A DNA stretch of 32,000 nucleotides from Mycobacterium leprae TN (GCF_000195855.1 NC_002677.1:1140001-1172000), one strand, 5' to 3'. Shown: positions 1 to 9,759, counted from the stretch's first letter. The notes: a model not told the origin generated them from the letters alone. Numbers and translations are program-made.

Positions 1-1010
1 GCCACTCGACTGGTCATTGCAGCACCGCGATGAATCATGGCAGTTGGATTTGGTCTTCATTGCTGCGGTGGTCTTCGGTATCCTCGTCGGGTAAGAGCCA
101 GTCTCCTGGCGGTTTCCAAGATCCGAACGCGGAGTCGGTGCGCACAATCCAGGTGTTGACCGAGCAAGTTTGGGCAGAGCGGTCAGCATATGGCTTACCG
201 TGGTAACTACACCCGCAGATGCTGTCGGTGAACAAGCTCGTACGGGTGGGCACTGACCTAGTCGACTATTTGCAACGGTCGTCATTGATGTACTAGAGCC
301 GTATCGGCGTGAACTTGGCCTCGCGCCGAGGCTCTCGAAGAGGCAAAAAAACTAATGTGGTCAACATCGACGGCGAGTTGGGGTTCACCGTGGTCAACCT
401 CAAAAGCGGCGAAAACCACGCACAGGACGACGTCCGAACTCTCCGTACGACGAACTCGTCCACGTACCGTGACGCCGTCATAGTTTTATAGTGCCGGTGG
501 CCCGACTATGCAGTAACGCGAAGGTAAACAAACAGAACCAGGACGACGTGCTAGTTATGGAGATGATCGCCGATTCCGCTGAGCTTCCTGGTGTTGGTCT
601 GGATATTCGGTGGGCTCCTGGCAGCGGCTTTGCTGATCCCCTCGATGGACTAGCTGTCGTCGGTTCAATGTCGGTGTTGTGCTTCAGTTACATTGACAAC
701 CGAAGTGTCGATCTTCGCGCTCAACCTGAGCACAGCAATGGACACGGTGTTGGCCATTGGCCTCTACACGCTGCTGATCGTCAGCCACTATCGCGACGCG
801 TTGGCCTAAGGCAGTGACTGCGATGAGGCATTGATCTGGATCATGGTCACTTCCGGTCGCACCGTGCTGTTCTCCGCGGTTACCGTGGCGTTGTCGATGT
901 CGGCGACGGTGGTAGTATGGATCTACTTCCTGAAGTCGTTCACCTACGCTGGTGTGCCCTTCGTAACGATCTTGCCTATCGGCTGCTGGTGCTGCTCGGT
1001 TGTACGTTAA
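1..1010 (+). pseudogene. MmpL-family (RND) membrane transporter remnant; 5' end lies outside the window and the frame is broken
   Basis: Shifting + frames give LVFIAAVVFGILVG (about 47-90), SFLVLVWIFGGLLAAALLIP (about 585-650), SIFALNLSTAMDTVLAIGLYTLLIVSHYRDALA followed by TAA at 807-809, then TSGRTVLFSAVTVALSMSA..YFLKSFTYAGVP (about 850-965). This is the conserved MmpL TM-block pattern. Several frame changes and stops are present. It may continue weakly to about 1500. Confidence 0.55.
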
Positions 1011-1504
1011 CTGGTGTGAAGTGAGGTTTTCCCGATTACCAGGTGTTGCTGCGTTTGGTGTCGTTGAGTCAAATCGGTGACCGATTGCGCACCGGTTTCG
1101 AGCACGCTACTGTGACGGCGGTGCCCGTAGTCGTACTCGATGTCCGAGGTCTGAACCTCGGTGGATCTTGACACTTACTCCGCCTTGTCCCGGATTCCGG
1201 ACATGTCGGTGGTGGAGCACCTCGGGCGGGACAGCTGCTATATTTAGAGCCGGTGGCCAGCGCTTGGGGCTTGTTGCAACAATTTGTCGCTGTGGTGTTC
1301 TGGCCGAGGTTGCTGGGTCACTGTCACGTTCATCGTGACACAGAGCGCTCGATTGTTAACGCCGGATTCGAGGTGGAGATTTCGCGGCGGGAGTGGACGT
1401 TGTCGGTCTGGGAGCCGCATCGGTGTCGGCTACTTGCTCGATTACCGGGCTCGCTGGGTGGTGACTACTGGCGGTTGTGTTGAGGTTAATGTTAGCGCGG
1501 ACTC

Positions 1505-1529
1505 GTTGTGGGGGTGGAGTAAAGGGTGG
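1505..1529. repeat. Left arm of a 25-bp perfect inverted repeat (gttgtgggggtggagtaaagggtgg)
   Basis: The exact reverse complement occurs at 2361-2385. Both arms show up in the ORF track as the peptide GGGVKGGG, in ORFs 1477..1677(+) and 2330..2533(-). Confidence 0.9.
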
Positions 1530-1813
1530 TGGGTCAGTGTATTGGCGGGTCGGTGCGTCAGGTCGCAAAGGTCGGTATCGATGCCGTGGTGATGCGGGTA
1601 TGAGAGTCGTTTCGAGGTCTTGGTCTCACGCTGGGGTTGTACAGCGATTCTGTGGTAGGGCGTTGTCTTGTGGTTGATCATGGCCGCAGTGATCACATCA
1701 GTGCTGTGGTCCTTGGATAGGTGTAGCAGCTGCACGAATCCGCTACTTGTGTTCGGCCAGGGCGCCGATTTGGGGGTCTAATTTTTGCCGATGATTACAT
1801 CATCCGCCCAATG

Positions 1814-2310
1814 CTATGAGGTTAGAGCACCACACGGTCGTGTAGTTTTCGCGGGACGTGCACTGGTGGTGGCCATACCTAGAGAATAATGGTGGTGCCC
1901 GGTTTTAGCGTGCTGTGCCCTCAGCGTGCGGAACATCCACCCAGTGCGCACATGTTGGTTGAGCTTGGACTCGATGTTGAAGTGTTTTATAGGACACCTG
2001 CATCTTTCGGGCCGGTCGGGATAGGTTTTGGGCCAACACCCCCACAATTTGTTCGGGACTGTACTTCTTGGCCAGCACACATGTCTATCTCCGTACGCAG
2101 CTGCCCACAACGCTCACCTTGCCGGCCTTTAAAGCCACTGGGCCCACTGCTCACTGCATAGCTAAGCAATACAAGCTCAGTAACCCGATTGAGCGTCTTA
2201 GCCAGCATAGTTGGTGTCGAATCAGTGCAACCCCCAAAGCAACCCGCAAACACGCGGGCCCCACCCTTGCTGGTGATCTCACGCACGATCCCCACCCCCA
2301 CCCAACCCAA
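1814..2310 (-). pseudogene. Possible IS256/mutator-family transposase C-terminal remnant (weak)
   Basis: Minus-strand frames give LAKTLNRVTELVLLSYAVSSGPSGFKG and PIKHFNIESKLNQHVRTGWMFRTL. These recall the D-G-L-x-G and N-x-I-E-x-L-N-x-x-x-R blocks of IS256-type transposases. The reading is frame-broken and is a by-eye match only. Confidence 0.3.
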
Positions 2311-2360
2311 ACGAACGGTTAACGATCGATCACATCAACTCACAACACTGCAACACACCG

Positions 2361-2385
2361 CCACCCTTTACTCCACCCCCACAAC
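2361..2385. repeat. Right arm of the 25-bp perfect inverted repeat (ccaccctttactccacccccacaac)
   Basis: Exact reverse complement of 1505-1529. Confidence 0.9.
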
Positions 2386-2419
2386 AGAACATGCACACAA
2401 AGTACAATTCAACAATCTT

Positions 2420-3260
2420 GCAGATCCGTCGTGGCCCTCGTGGGCCAACCACTCTAAACTGCGATGCTTTCAGTTTGCGGCTGGTGGGCTCGACATAGCG
2501 TTGGGTAAACTCATTGAATCCGGTCTGTTCCACCTAACTGCCAGCCGTAATCGACGGTAAACCCCGCGACCTCGTCAAGCTGTAAGCCAAAGTGCCACAA
2601 TTGCCGCCGCTGAAGGACGGTGCGGTAAAGTGTGCGGGTGCCATGCCGATTTGTCCCGTCGATGAAGTCCCTACGGACGTAGTTCAACTTTAATCGGTTG
2701 CTCGGCGTGGTCACGCGTAACCTTTTCAAGGCCCGCCGGACACTGTTTTCGGTGAGGTACTGGGTCACGTCTTCACAGATGAAAAACGCCCGTTACTCAG
2801 TGAGATAGCTGTGCCCGGCTAACGGGTGAGCAGGTCGTCATGCTAGAAGTCCAATGCGACCAACCGAACCGACAGCGGTAACGTGCCCAGCACGCGTGGA
2901 CCGTCTTGGCTGTCCTGACGACGTTGACCGGCAAGTCAACCTCGAAGCCCGGGATGCGGACCTACCGCGTCAACTGGTAAGCGCGGGTGTCCGGGCCGGC
3001 ACCGAGGGTGACAACCGGGTTGATATCTTTTACCTGTATGTTGGAGCTTGTCGCCAATGAAACGTTTACGGCAGGCCAGATTCAGATTGGCCCACAGCCC
3101 GGGAACCGACTCTTCCTATGAGCTGATCAGTAGGTGACGGAACACGTCCGACCGGGTAGCACCGACGAGCCATCGCAGTGGCCTCGGCACAAACAGGTCC
3201 GCGAGGTTGTCGTCAACCAGGTGGTTTATTATGTTTGACGGCTGTCAATAAATCATCGGG
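2420..3260 (-). pseudogene. SAM-dependent O-methyltransferase pseudogene (mycobacterial TIGR00027 / leucine-carboxyl-methyltransferase-like family)
   Basis: Minus-strand frames give VVTLGAGPDTRAYQLTR*VRIPGFEVDLPVNVV (LGAGxDTRAxR..FEVDxP motif), EDVTQYLTENSVRRALKRL (EGxxxYL motif), QLWHFGLQLDEVAGFTVDYGWQL (W-x-FG..E-V-x-x-F-L..GW motif) and FNEFTQRYVEPTSRKL. It is interrupted by stops and frameshifts. Confidence 0.6.
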
Positions 3261-3300
3261 CTAAAAGCTTTCTGTACCAAGGAGTTTCACCCCCATCTTC

Positions 3301-4186
3301 CTACCCCCTACTCGCAACAAGGCCCGTATCGACCAACAAGGTGACGCCGGTGACATAGTGAGTGTTTGATCGAACATAAGCCATGCCGCTGCGTTGGCGA
3401 TGTTGTTGGACTGCAGGATTTGTATGGGCAGCGTGTTACCCATATCTGACAATGAACCAAACTCGGTGGCCATGGTGGCAAGCCATTGCCTGGTGGACTC
3501 AATTGTTGATTATTGGGGTGTCGACACCGGAATGATGCACCGAGTTAACCTGAATGTTTGCTGCGCAAGCTGATTGGCGTAAATTCGCATCAACCTGACC
3601 ATCCTGTGCTTGGCAGTGTTGTAACCAATAGTGCCGGCATCGGTGCTGCCTATGCCCGCCAGTCTCGCGGACAAACTGATCAACACGATCGATTCGTCGG
3701 TGTGCCCGGTTCGATCATGGTCGGTATCGCGACTTAAATATAGTTTAGAAGACGCTAGTGAGGTTGACGTTGATGACATTGCGCCAACCTTCAGCACCCG
3801 CCTGCAGGGGAGCCGATGCCGGCATTGGTGACGAGGATGTAAAGCCAGCCGAACTCATCTAGGCTTGCTTGCACTTGCGGTAGACAGCGGCGCGCGATTG
3901 CGGACGTCGCTTTGTTTGGCCACGATGCGTGTGCCGGTGTCTTTACGGGTTTGATCGTGGCCGTGAGGTCTTCAGCCGTGCCCAACGAGTAAGGTGCGTT
4001 GACGATTTGATTGCACACGGCGGCGGCAATGTTCGCCCTGTCGACTGCGATTCGAACCGTGTGCGCGGTCTTGGCCACGCGCCGCTCCGGTAATGAGTAC
4101 GGTTTTCTGTTGAGCGGGCCCGTTAGTGGGCTGTCCAGGAGCCGGTCGCTAACTGGCATAGCTGTCCTTTGTTCGGATCCCCTCAT
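3301..4186 (-). pseudogene. Short-chain dehydrogenase/reductase pseudogene (position matches Rv2750)
   Basis: Minus ORF fragments 3791..4186, 3510..3797 and 3261..3473 carry SDR blocks in different frames: LDEFGWLYILVTNAGIG (LDxLVNNAG), IVLISLSARLAGIGSTDAGTIGYNTAKHRMVRL (S..Y-x-x-x-K catalytic block) and YVTGVTLLVDTGL (C-terminal TG..L.VDGG). Confidence 0.6.
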
Positions 4187-4199
4187 GGGATCGGGCTGG

Positions 4200-4470
4200 C
4201 AGCATTTTGATATCTGTTGCTCTAGGCCAGGTGTTTGCGAGCCGCGGTCACTGTAACGTGGTTATCCCGGGCATGTTGCTATGTGTCTGAAGCGCGTCAG
4301 CATTGGCCCATATGTTCTAGCCTCGGCCAGTGTGGTGCAGCGCATAGAGCTGGCAGTCCGGTGCGCCGTGCACGTCTTTGACGGCATGGGTTAGGTATGG
4401 TAGCGGACGGCGTTGGTCGACCGATTCAGCTTGACCGTGAAGGTGGCGACGACAACGGTCGCTTTGTGGT
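4200..4470 (-). pseudogene. Possible ABM/antibiotic-biosynthesis-monooxygenase-like small gene remnant (position matches Rv2749)
   Basis: Minus frames give VATFTVKLNRSTNAVRYHT* and PDCQLYALHHTGRG*NIWANADALQTH, which fit the ABM pattern (PGCxxYxL....W.s.eA...H). The reading is frame-broken and the evidence is weak. Confidence 0.3.
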
Positions 4471-4495
4471 CTCTTGACACTCCGCGGGCGGCGGA

Positions 4496-7156
4496 ATGAT
4501 TCGTGTCATCCGTTCGTCATTTTACCCACGCATGTTGACAATCGATTTGGATGCATGGGAAGAAACGAAGAAACAGAGTATTGCTAGTGTGGCGTGTAGT
4601 GCAGATGATATAATTGCGATTAGGCTTGTTGCCATGGCTAGTAAGACCGTCGCCCGCTCCGGCAACCGAACGAGCAGTTTAAAGGCCACCTCGCGTGGTG
4701 TATCCCAAAGCCGACGACCAGTACCGCCTCGCCCCAGGAGGAACAGGCCCGCCGAACGACGTAATCAGTCGTTGCTTCTGGCTGCCGGGTTGACCTGCGG
4801 CCAGGCCATACGCGCGACCTGGCTGGTGGCGGCCAAGGGTGCCGGTGGCGCGGCACGCTCAATCGGGCGAGCTCGCGATATCGAGCCTGGACATCGCCGC
4901 GACGGAATCGCGTTGGCTCTGCTGGGTCTTGCCGTCGTCGTCGCCGCCAGCTCATGGTTCGATGCTGCCCGGCCGATCGGTGCGTGGGTCGACGCCGTGT
5001 TGCGGACGTTCATCGGTTCGGCTGTCGTCGTGCTCCCGCTGGTCATTGCTGCCGTGGCAGTGGTGTTGATGCGAACCCAACCCAATCTCGACACGCGGCC
5101 CAGGTTGATCCTAGGCGCGACCTTGATTGCTCTGTCCTTTCTCGGCTTACGGCACCTTTGGTCGGGTTCGCCGGAAACCCCCGAGGTGCGGCGGGGTGCC
5201 GCCGGTTTCCTGGGGTTTGCCATCGGAGGACCGCTGTCGGACGGGTTGACAGCCTGGATCGCTGCGCCATTGTTGTTCATCGGAGCGTTATTCGGCCTGC
5301 TGCTGTTGACCGGAACCACGGTACGCGAGGTGCCCGAAGTGCTGCGCGGCATGTTCGATACCGGGCTTTTCCAACGTGACTATGACGATCAATACGATGC
5401 CGAGTATCGATACGACGACATTCCGGGCGCCCCGCCAGAAGATTTTTCCGGTTGCTACGACGGCTCTTTGGTCGGGGGGGGCGACGCTGAACAGAAGGTG
5501 CGGGGGTGGCCGGTGACTGACCTCGCTGAGGTTTCGTTGCAGGACGACGTTCCCACCACTCCGGAACCTGCCGTGCAGGCTGGCACCGCCGAGGTCCACC
5601 GTCTTACCCCCCGATCCGCGGAGGAACACCGGACCCAGGCGCTGGACCGAGCCATCGAGGGTTCCTATACGTTGCCGTCCATGAGTTTGCTGTTGACTGG
5701 CGATCCGCCCAAGAAATGTAGCGCCGCCAACAACCACATGGCCAGTGCGATCGGTGGGGTTCTTACCCAATTCAAGGTTGATGCGGCCGTAACCGGCTGC
5801 ACCCGAGGACCGACTGTCACCCGCTACGAGGTGGAGCTAGGGCCTGGTGTCAAGGTAGAGAAGATTACCGCCCTGCAGAAGAACATCGCCTATGCGGTAG
5901 CCACTGAGAGTGTCCGCATGTTGGCCCCGATCCCGGGTAAGTCCGCCGTCGGCATCGAGGTACCTAACACCGATCGCGAAGCGGTGCGGCTGGCCGATGT
6001 GCTCACTGCACCCTCGACGCGTCGTGACCATCATTCGCTGGTAATCGGGTTGGGTAAGGACATTGAGGGGAATTTCATCTCGGCCAACTTGGCAAAAATG
6101 CCGCACCTGTTGGTCGCGGGCTCCACCGGATCGGGTAAGTCGAGCTTCGTCAACTCCATGTTGGTGTCACTGCTGACCCGGTCCACCCCGGAAGAGGTCA
6201 GGATGATCCTGATCGACCCGAAGATGGTGGAACTGACACCGTATGAAGGTATTCCGCATTTGATCACGCCGATCATTACGCAGCCGAAGAAGGCGGCGGC
6301 CGCACTGGTGTGGCTGGTCGAAGAAATGGAGCAGCGTTACCAGGACATGCAGGCGTCGAGGGTACGCCACATCGACGTGTTCAACGAGAAGGTGCGGTCC
6401 GGGGAGATCACGGCTCCGCTGGGCAGCCAGCGGGTCTACCGGCCGTACCCTTACATCCTGGCCATTGTCGACGAGCTGGCTGACCTGATGATGACTGCGC
6501 CGCGTGACGTCGAGGACGCCATCGTGCGGATCACTCAGAAGGCCCGCGCCGCGGGGATCCACTTGGTGTTGGCTACCCAGCGCCCGTCGGTCGACGTGGT
6601 CACCGGGCTCATCAAGACCAATGTGCCGTCCCGGCTGGCGTTTGCGACGTCGTCGCTCACCGACAGCCGGGTGATTCTGGATCAAGCGGGTGCGGAAAAA
6701 TTGATCGGCATGGGTGACGGCCTGTTCCTTCCGATGGGTGCGAGCAAGCCGGTTCGGTTACAGGGTGCGTTCATCACTGACGAGGAGATCCACGCCGTCG
6801 TTACTGCTTGCAAAGACCAGGCCGAACCCGAATACACCGAAGGGGTCACCACCGCTAAGACCACCGGTGAACGCACTGACGTTGACCCCGACATCGGCGA
6901 TGACATGGATGTGTTCCTGCAAGCCGTGGAGTTGGTGGTATCTAGCCAGTTCGGGTCTACTTCGATGCTGCAGCGCAAGCTGCGGGTGGGGTTCGCCAAG
7001 GCCGGCCGGTTGATGGATTTGATGGAGACTCGAAGCATCGTGGGGCCCAGCGAAGGATCCAAGGCCCGCGAGGTGCTCGTGAAGGCCGACGAGCTGGCAG
7101 CTACGTTGGCGCTGATTCGGGGTGGTGCTAGCGCCGACGGGTCTAACGAAGACTAG
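4496..7156 (+). CDS. ftsK: DNA translocase FtsK (FtsK/SpoIIIE family)
   Basis: The ORF is 886 aa. It has N-terminal TM segments, an acidic and Pro-rich linker, and a motor domain with Walker A VAGSTGSGKSS and Walker B LAIVDELADLM. The C-terminal gamma winged helix reads SMLQRKLRVGFAKAGRLMDLME. An alternative start is the ATG at 4634 (MASKTVARSG). The 4496-4633 stretch is unusually AT-rich. Confidence 0.95.
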   Translation: MIRVIRSSFYPRMLTIDLDAWEETKKQSIASVACSADDIIAIRLVAMASKTVARSGNRTSSLKATSRGVSQSRRPVPPRPRRNRPAERRNQSLLLAAGLTCGQAIRATWLVAAKGAGGAARSIGRARDIEPGHRRDGIALALLGLAVVVAASSWFDAARPIGAWVDAVLRTFIGSAVVVLPLVIAAVAVVLMRTQPNLDTRPRLILGATLIALSFLGLRHLWSGSPETPEVRRGAAGFLGFAIGGPLSDGLTAWIAAPLLFIGALFGLLLLTGTTVREVPEVLRGMFDTGLFQRDYDDQYDAEYRYDDIPGAPPEDFSGCYDGSLVGGGDAEQKVRGWPVTDLAEVSLQDDVPTTPEPAVQAGTAEVHRLTPRSAEEHRTQALDRAIEGSYTLPSMSLLLTGDPPKKCSAANNHMASAIGGVLTQFKVDAAVTGCTRGPTVTRYEVELGPGVKVEKITALQKNIAYAVATESVRMLAPIPGKSAVGIEVPNTDREAVRLADVLTAPSTRRDHHSLVIGLGKDIEGNFISANLAKMPHLLVAGSTGSGKSSFVNSMLVSLLTRSTPEEVRMILIDPKMVELTPYEGIPHLITPIITQPKKAAAALVWLVEEMEQRYQDMQASRVRHIDVFNEKVRSGEITAPLGSQRVYRPYPYILAIVDELADLMMTAPRDVEDAIVRITQKARAAGIHLVLATQRPSVDVVTGLIKTNVPSRLAFATSSLTDSRVILDQAGAEKLIGMGDGLFLPMGASKPVRLQGAFITDEEIHAVVTACKDQAEPEYTEGVTTAKTTGERTDVDPDIGDDMDVFLQAVELVVSSQFGSTSMLQRKLRVGFAKAGRLMDLMETRSIVGPSEGSKAREVLVKADELAATLALIRGGASADGSNED
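4606..4614 (+). promoter_or_regulatory. Candidate extended -10 promoter element (TGaTATAAT) inside the AT-rich 5' extension of the ftsK ORF
   Basis: Sequence tgatataat at 4606-4614, 20 nt upstream of the internal ATG at 4634. This is motif-only evidence. Confidence 0.3.
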
Positions 7157-7165
7157 TGTACAAGA

Positions 7166-7708
7166 TCACAGCACTAGCAGCATGCGGGAGTTGCCCAGGG
7201 TATTCGGTTTTACATAGCTCAGGTCCAAGAACTCGGCGACCCCGATATCGTATGACCGGCACATCTCTTCGAACACCTCGGCGGTTACCGGGGTGCCCTC
7301 TATCTCGGTGAACCCGTGCTGGCTGAAGAATTCGGTTTCGAAGGTCAACACGAACAACCGTTCCAATTCCAGCTTGCGAGCGACTTCGAGTAGTCGGTTC
7401 ACGATTGTGCCGCCGACACCGTGGCCGGTCATGGCGGGGTCGACGGCGACGGTGCGGATTTCGCCGAGGTCGGACCACAGCACGTGCAGCGCACCGCAGC
7501 CGACTACTTTGCCCGGTATGTCGGGGTGTTCGGCCACCCAGAATTCCTGCACGGCTTCATAGAGTGTCACGAGGTTCTTTTCCAGCAGGATCTTTCCCGC
7601 GTAGGTGTCGACGAGTTGTTTGATCGCCGGGATATCGGAGGTTCGTGCGCGCCGGACCACCGGCAGATAATTCTGTGAATTTTTGGTCACGGCTAACAGT
7701 ATCGACAT
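7166..7708 (-). CDS. argA: GNAT-family acetyltransferase, short single-domain N-acetylglutamate synthase type (Rv2747-like)
   Basis: The ORF is 180 aa. It has GNAT motif A (IRTVAVDPAMTGHGVGGTIVNRLL) and reads close to my recollection of M. tuberculosis Rv2747. It converges on ftsK with a 9-nt gap. Confidence 0.8.
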   Translation of the reverse strand: MSILLAVTKNSQNYLPVVRRARTSDIPAIKQLVDTYAGKILLEKNLVTLYEAVQEFWVAEHPDIPGKVVGCGALHVLWSDLGEIRTVAVDPAMTGHGVGGTIVNRLLEVARKLELERLFVLTFETEFFSQHGFTEIEGTPVTAEVFEEMCRSYDIGVAEFLDLSYVKPNTLGNSRMLLVL

Positions 7709-7747
7709 CAGGGACGCACGAGCTGGTCAACCGTTATTCTATTTGCC

Positions 7748-8356
7748 GTGTCGGGGCAGCCTCCAACGGGTCCGATGGTAGATTGCGTCCGTATTGCCAA
7801 CCTCGCCAATATCCTGACTGGCTTGCGGCTGATGTTGGTCCCCGTTTTTTTGGTTGCCTTGTTCGCTGGGAATGGCCACGAAATCGTCGGTCGGATAGCG
7901 GCTTTCGTGATCTTCACAGTTGCCTGCATTACCGATCGGTTAGACGGTTTGCTGGCCCGCCGCTACGGCATGGCGACTGAATTCGGTGCGTTCGTCGATC
8001 CGATCGCGGACAAGACCCTGATCGGGGCGGCGCTGATCGGACTTTCGATGCTTGGTGACCTGCCATGGTGGGTCACGGTGCTTATCATGACTCGCGAGCT
8101 TGGAGTGACTTTATTGCGGTTGGCTGTTATTCATCGCGGGGTCATTCCGGCAAGTTGGGGTGGCAAACTCAAGACTGTGGTCCAGGCAGTAGCGATCGGT
8201 CTGTTCCTGCTGCCTTTGACGCAACTGTCAGTGCCGTTCCACGTGGGTGCAGCAGTGGTGATGGCAGTTGCGGTCGTGCTTACGGTGGTCACGGGTGTCG
8301 ACTACGTGGCTGGGACAATCAGGGCCGTCAGGGGAGTGCACCAGACAGCCAGCTGA
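7748..8356 (+). CDS. pgsA: CDP-diacylglycerol--glycerol-3-phosphate 3-phosphatidyltransferase (PgsA3-like)
   Basis: The ORF is 202 aa, has a GTG start and is multi-TM. It carries the CDP-alcohol phosphatidyltransferase motif DRLDGLLARRYGMATEFGAFVDPIADK. Confidence 0.9.
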   Translation: MSGQPPTGPMVDCVRIANLANILTGLRLMLVPVFLVALFAGNGHEIVGRIAAFVIFTVACITDRLDGLLARRYGMATEFGAFVDPIADKTLIGAALIGLSMLGDLPWWVTVLIMTRELGVTLLRLAVIHRGVIPASWGGKLKTVVQAVAIGLFLLPLTQLSVPFHVGAAVVMAVAVVLTVVTGVDYVAGTIRAVRGVHQTAS

Positions 8357-8419
8357 TCACGGGAGCCATAGCAGGCCATCTGCGTTCATCTAGTGACTGA
8401 CCGGATGAGGTGGAGCGCG

Positions 8420-8754
8420 ATGGTGTCATTTAGTGCGTGAAGTCATGGGCAACGTGTTGTGCCGGATCAGGGCCGCACGCTGCGTGAGATGTTGGATTCC
8501 GCGTGCGTGAGTCTCGGTTATCTATTCGGAGGTTGAGCCCGGCTGGAAGGCGCCTTCCAGCAAGTTGCTCAACACGATTTGCGACGCGTTGTAGGTGGCT
8601 GCTGTCAGAGTTGCTTATCGACGTCGGTGAACGAGTGGCGCATACGTAACGTGCAGCCTGGACCGTACTAGATAGCGTGCCAAGCGGCTTCATCATCGAC
8701 CGGTCAGCACCAAGGTCGTCAATTCTCCCCGGTGGGGTCGTTGCAGTGGCGTAA
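8420..8754 (+). pseudogene. clgR: clgR (XRE-family Clp gene regulator) pseudogene
   Basis: ClgR-like peptides appear in alternating frames. VREVMGNVL starts at 8433 in frame 0. DQGRTLREMLDSACVSLGYL starts at 8465 in frame 2. PSSKLLNTICDAL starts at 8553 in frame 0 and ends at an in-frame TAG (8592-8594). LLIDVGERVAH starts at 8611 in frame 1. The C-terminus PGGVVAVA is followed by TAA at 8752-8754. That makes at least 3 frame changes and 1 internal stop. Confidence 0.75.
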
Positions 8755-8890
8755 ATGCGGCCAACGTGCCGGGCCCCTCGGATAGGAGTTGCCAAAAGGG
8801 TGTGGAGATCTGCGCTTACCCGATAAATTGAGCGTTAGAGAAAGCGCAGGGTCCATCCGGCTACACAAGCAACGAAGACGGAGCTAAGTC

Positions 8891-9722
8891 ATGGTCAATC
8901 CGTTCGTGAAAGCGTGGAAGTACATCGTGGCGCTGTTCAATGCCAAGCTCGACGAGAATGCAGACCCCAAGGTGCAGATTCAGCAGGCCATTGAGGAAGC
9001 ACAGCGCACTCACCAGGAGCTGACCCAACAGGCCGCGCAGGTGATCGGCAACCAGCGGCAACTAGAGATGCGGCTCAACAGGCAGCTGGCGGACATCGAA
9101 AAGCTCCAGCTAAACCTGCGCCAGGCGCTGACGTTAGTGGACCAGGCCACTGCCACCGGGGACGTTTCTAAGGCTGCCGAGTACAATAACGGCGCCGAGG
9201 TGTTCGCGGCCCAGTTGGTGACCGCCGAACAGAGCGTCGAGGACCTCAAGACGTTGCACGACCAGGCGCTTCGTGCGGCGGCTCAAGCCAAAAAGGCTGT
9301 CGAACAGAACGCGATGGTGGCTGCAGCAAAAAATCGCGGAGCGCACCAAACTGCTGAGCCAACTCGAGCAGGCGAAGATGCAGGAGCAGGTTAGTGCTTC
9401 GCTGCGGTCGATGAGTGAGATCGCGGTGCCCGGCGATACCCCGACGCTCGACGAGGTGCGGGAAAAGATTGAACGTCGGTACGTCAACGCGCTCGGTGCG
9501 GCCGAGTTGGCACAAGGTTCCGTGCAGGGTCGCATGATCGAGATCGAACAGGCCGGTGTGCAGATGGCCGGTCATTTGCGGCTAGAGCAGATCCGCGCGT
9601 CGATGCTCAGTCAAGCTTTGTCGACGGGCGGTACGGCTGCGTTTCCCGGAGGCACACCGGCCAGTATCGCGACCAACCAAGCTAGCGACGTGCACGTTGT
9701 TGAGAAATCCCTCGGTCAGTAA
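8891..9722 (+). pseudogene. pspA: PspA/IM30-family protein (Rv2744c 35-kDa alanine-rich protein homologue) split by a +1 frameshift
   Basis: ORF 8891..9394 reads [16 protein letters not shown]...[11 protein letters not shown] and then turns into nonsense. ORF 9273..9722 is nonsense until [25 protein letters not shown]... and then runs to the stop. The two PspA-like halves join if one G at about 9320 is removed (atggtgGctgcag). Confidence 0.8.
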
Positions 9723-9759
9723 GCAACGCGGGCGGTTTGAGAATGGTGCTGAGGTGGCC

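Larger units (their letters stand above)
1505..2385. mobile_element. 881-bp unit bounded by inverted repeats; candidate degenerate insertion sequence or M. leprae dispersed repeat copy
   Basis: Perfect 25-bp terminal inverted repeats sit 831 bp apart. There is no intact ORF inside. The interior has weak transposase-like peptides on the - strand. The unit lies between a methyltransferase pseudogene and an MmpL pseudogene, where synteny with M. tuberculosis ends. No flanking direct repeat was seen (gcggactc versus agaacatg). Confidence 0.5.

Noticed and set aside
2400-2790. My initial reading of the minus-strand peptides (FIDGT.., GFNEFTQRYVEP..) as the middle of an IS256 transposase, implying two juxtaposed IS256 copies
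   Set aside because: The same peptides, plus the upstream VVTLGAGPDTRAYQL..FEVDLP block, fit the TIGR00027-type SAM methyltransferase family much better and in the right order. I therefore dropped the two-IS256 idea.
4765-6685. Minus-strand ORFs of 195 aa (4765..5352), 160 aa (5288..5770) and 172 aa (6167..6685)
   Set aside because: All are antisense to ftsK and are Arg/Pro-rich shadow frames.
8430-8795. 121-aa minus-strand ORF
   Set aside because: It is antisense to the clgR remnant, whose + strand peptides explain the region. Its composition is typical of a GC-rich shadow frame.
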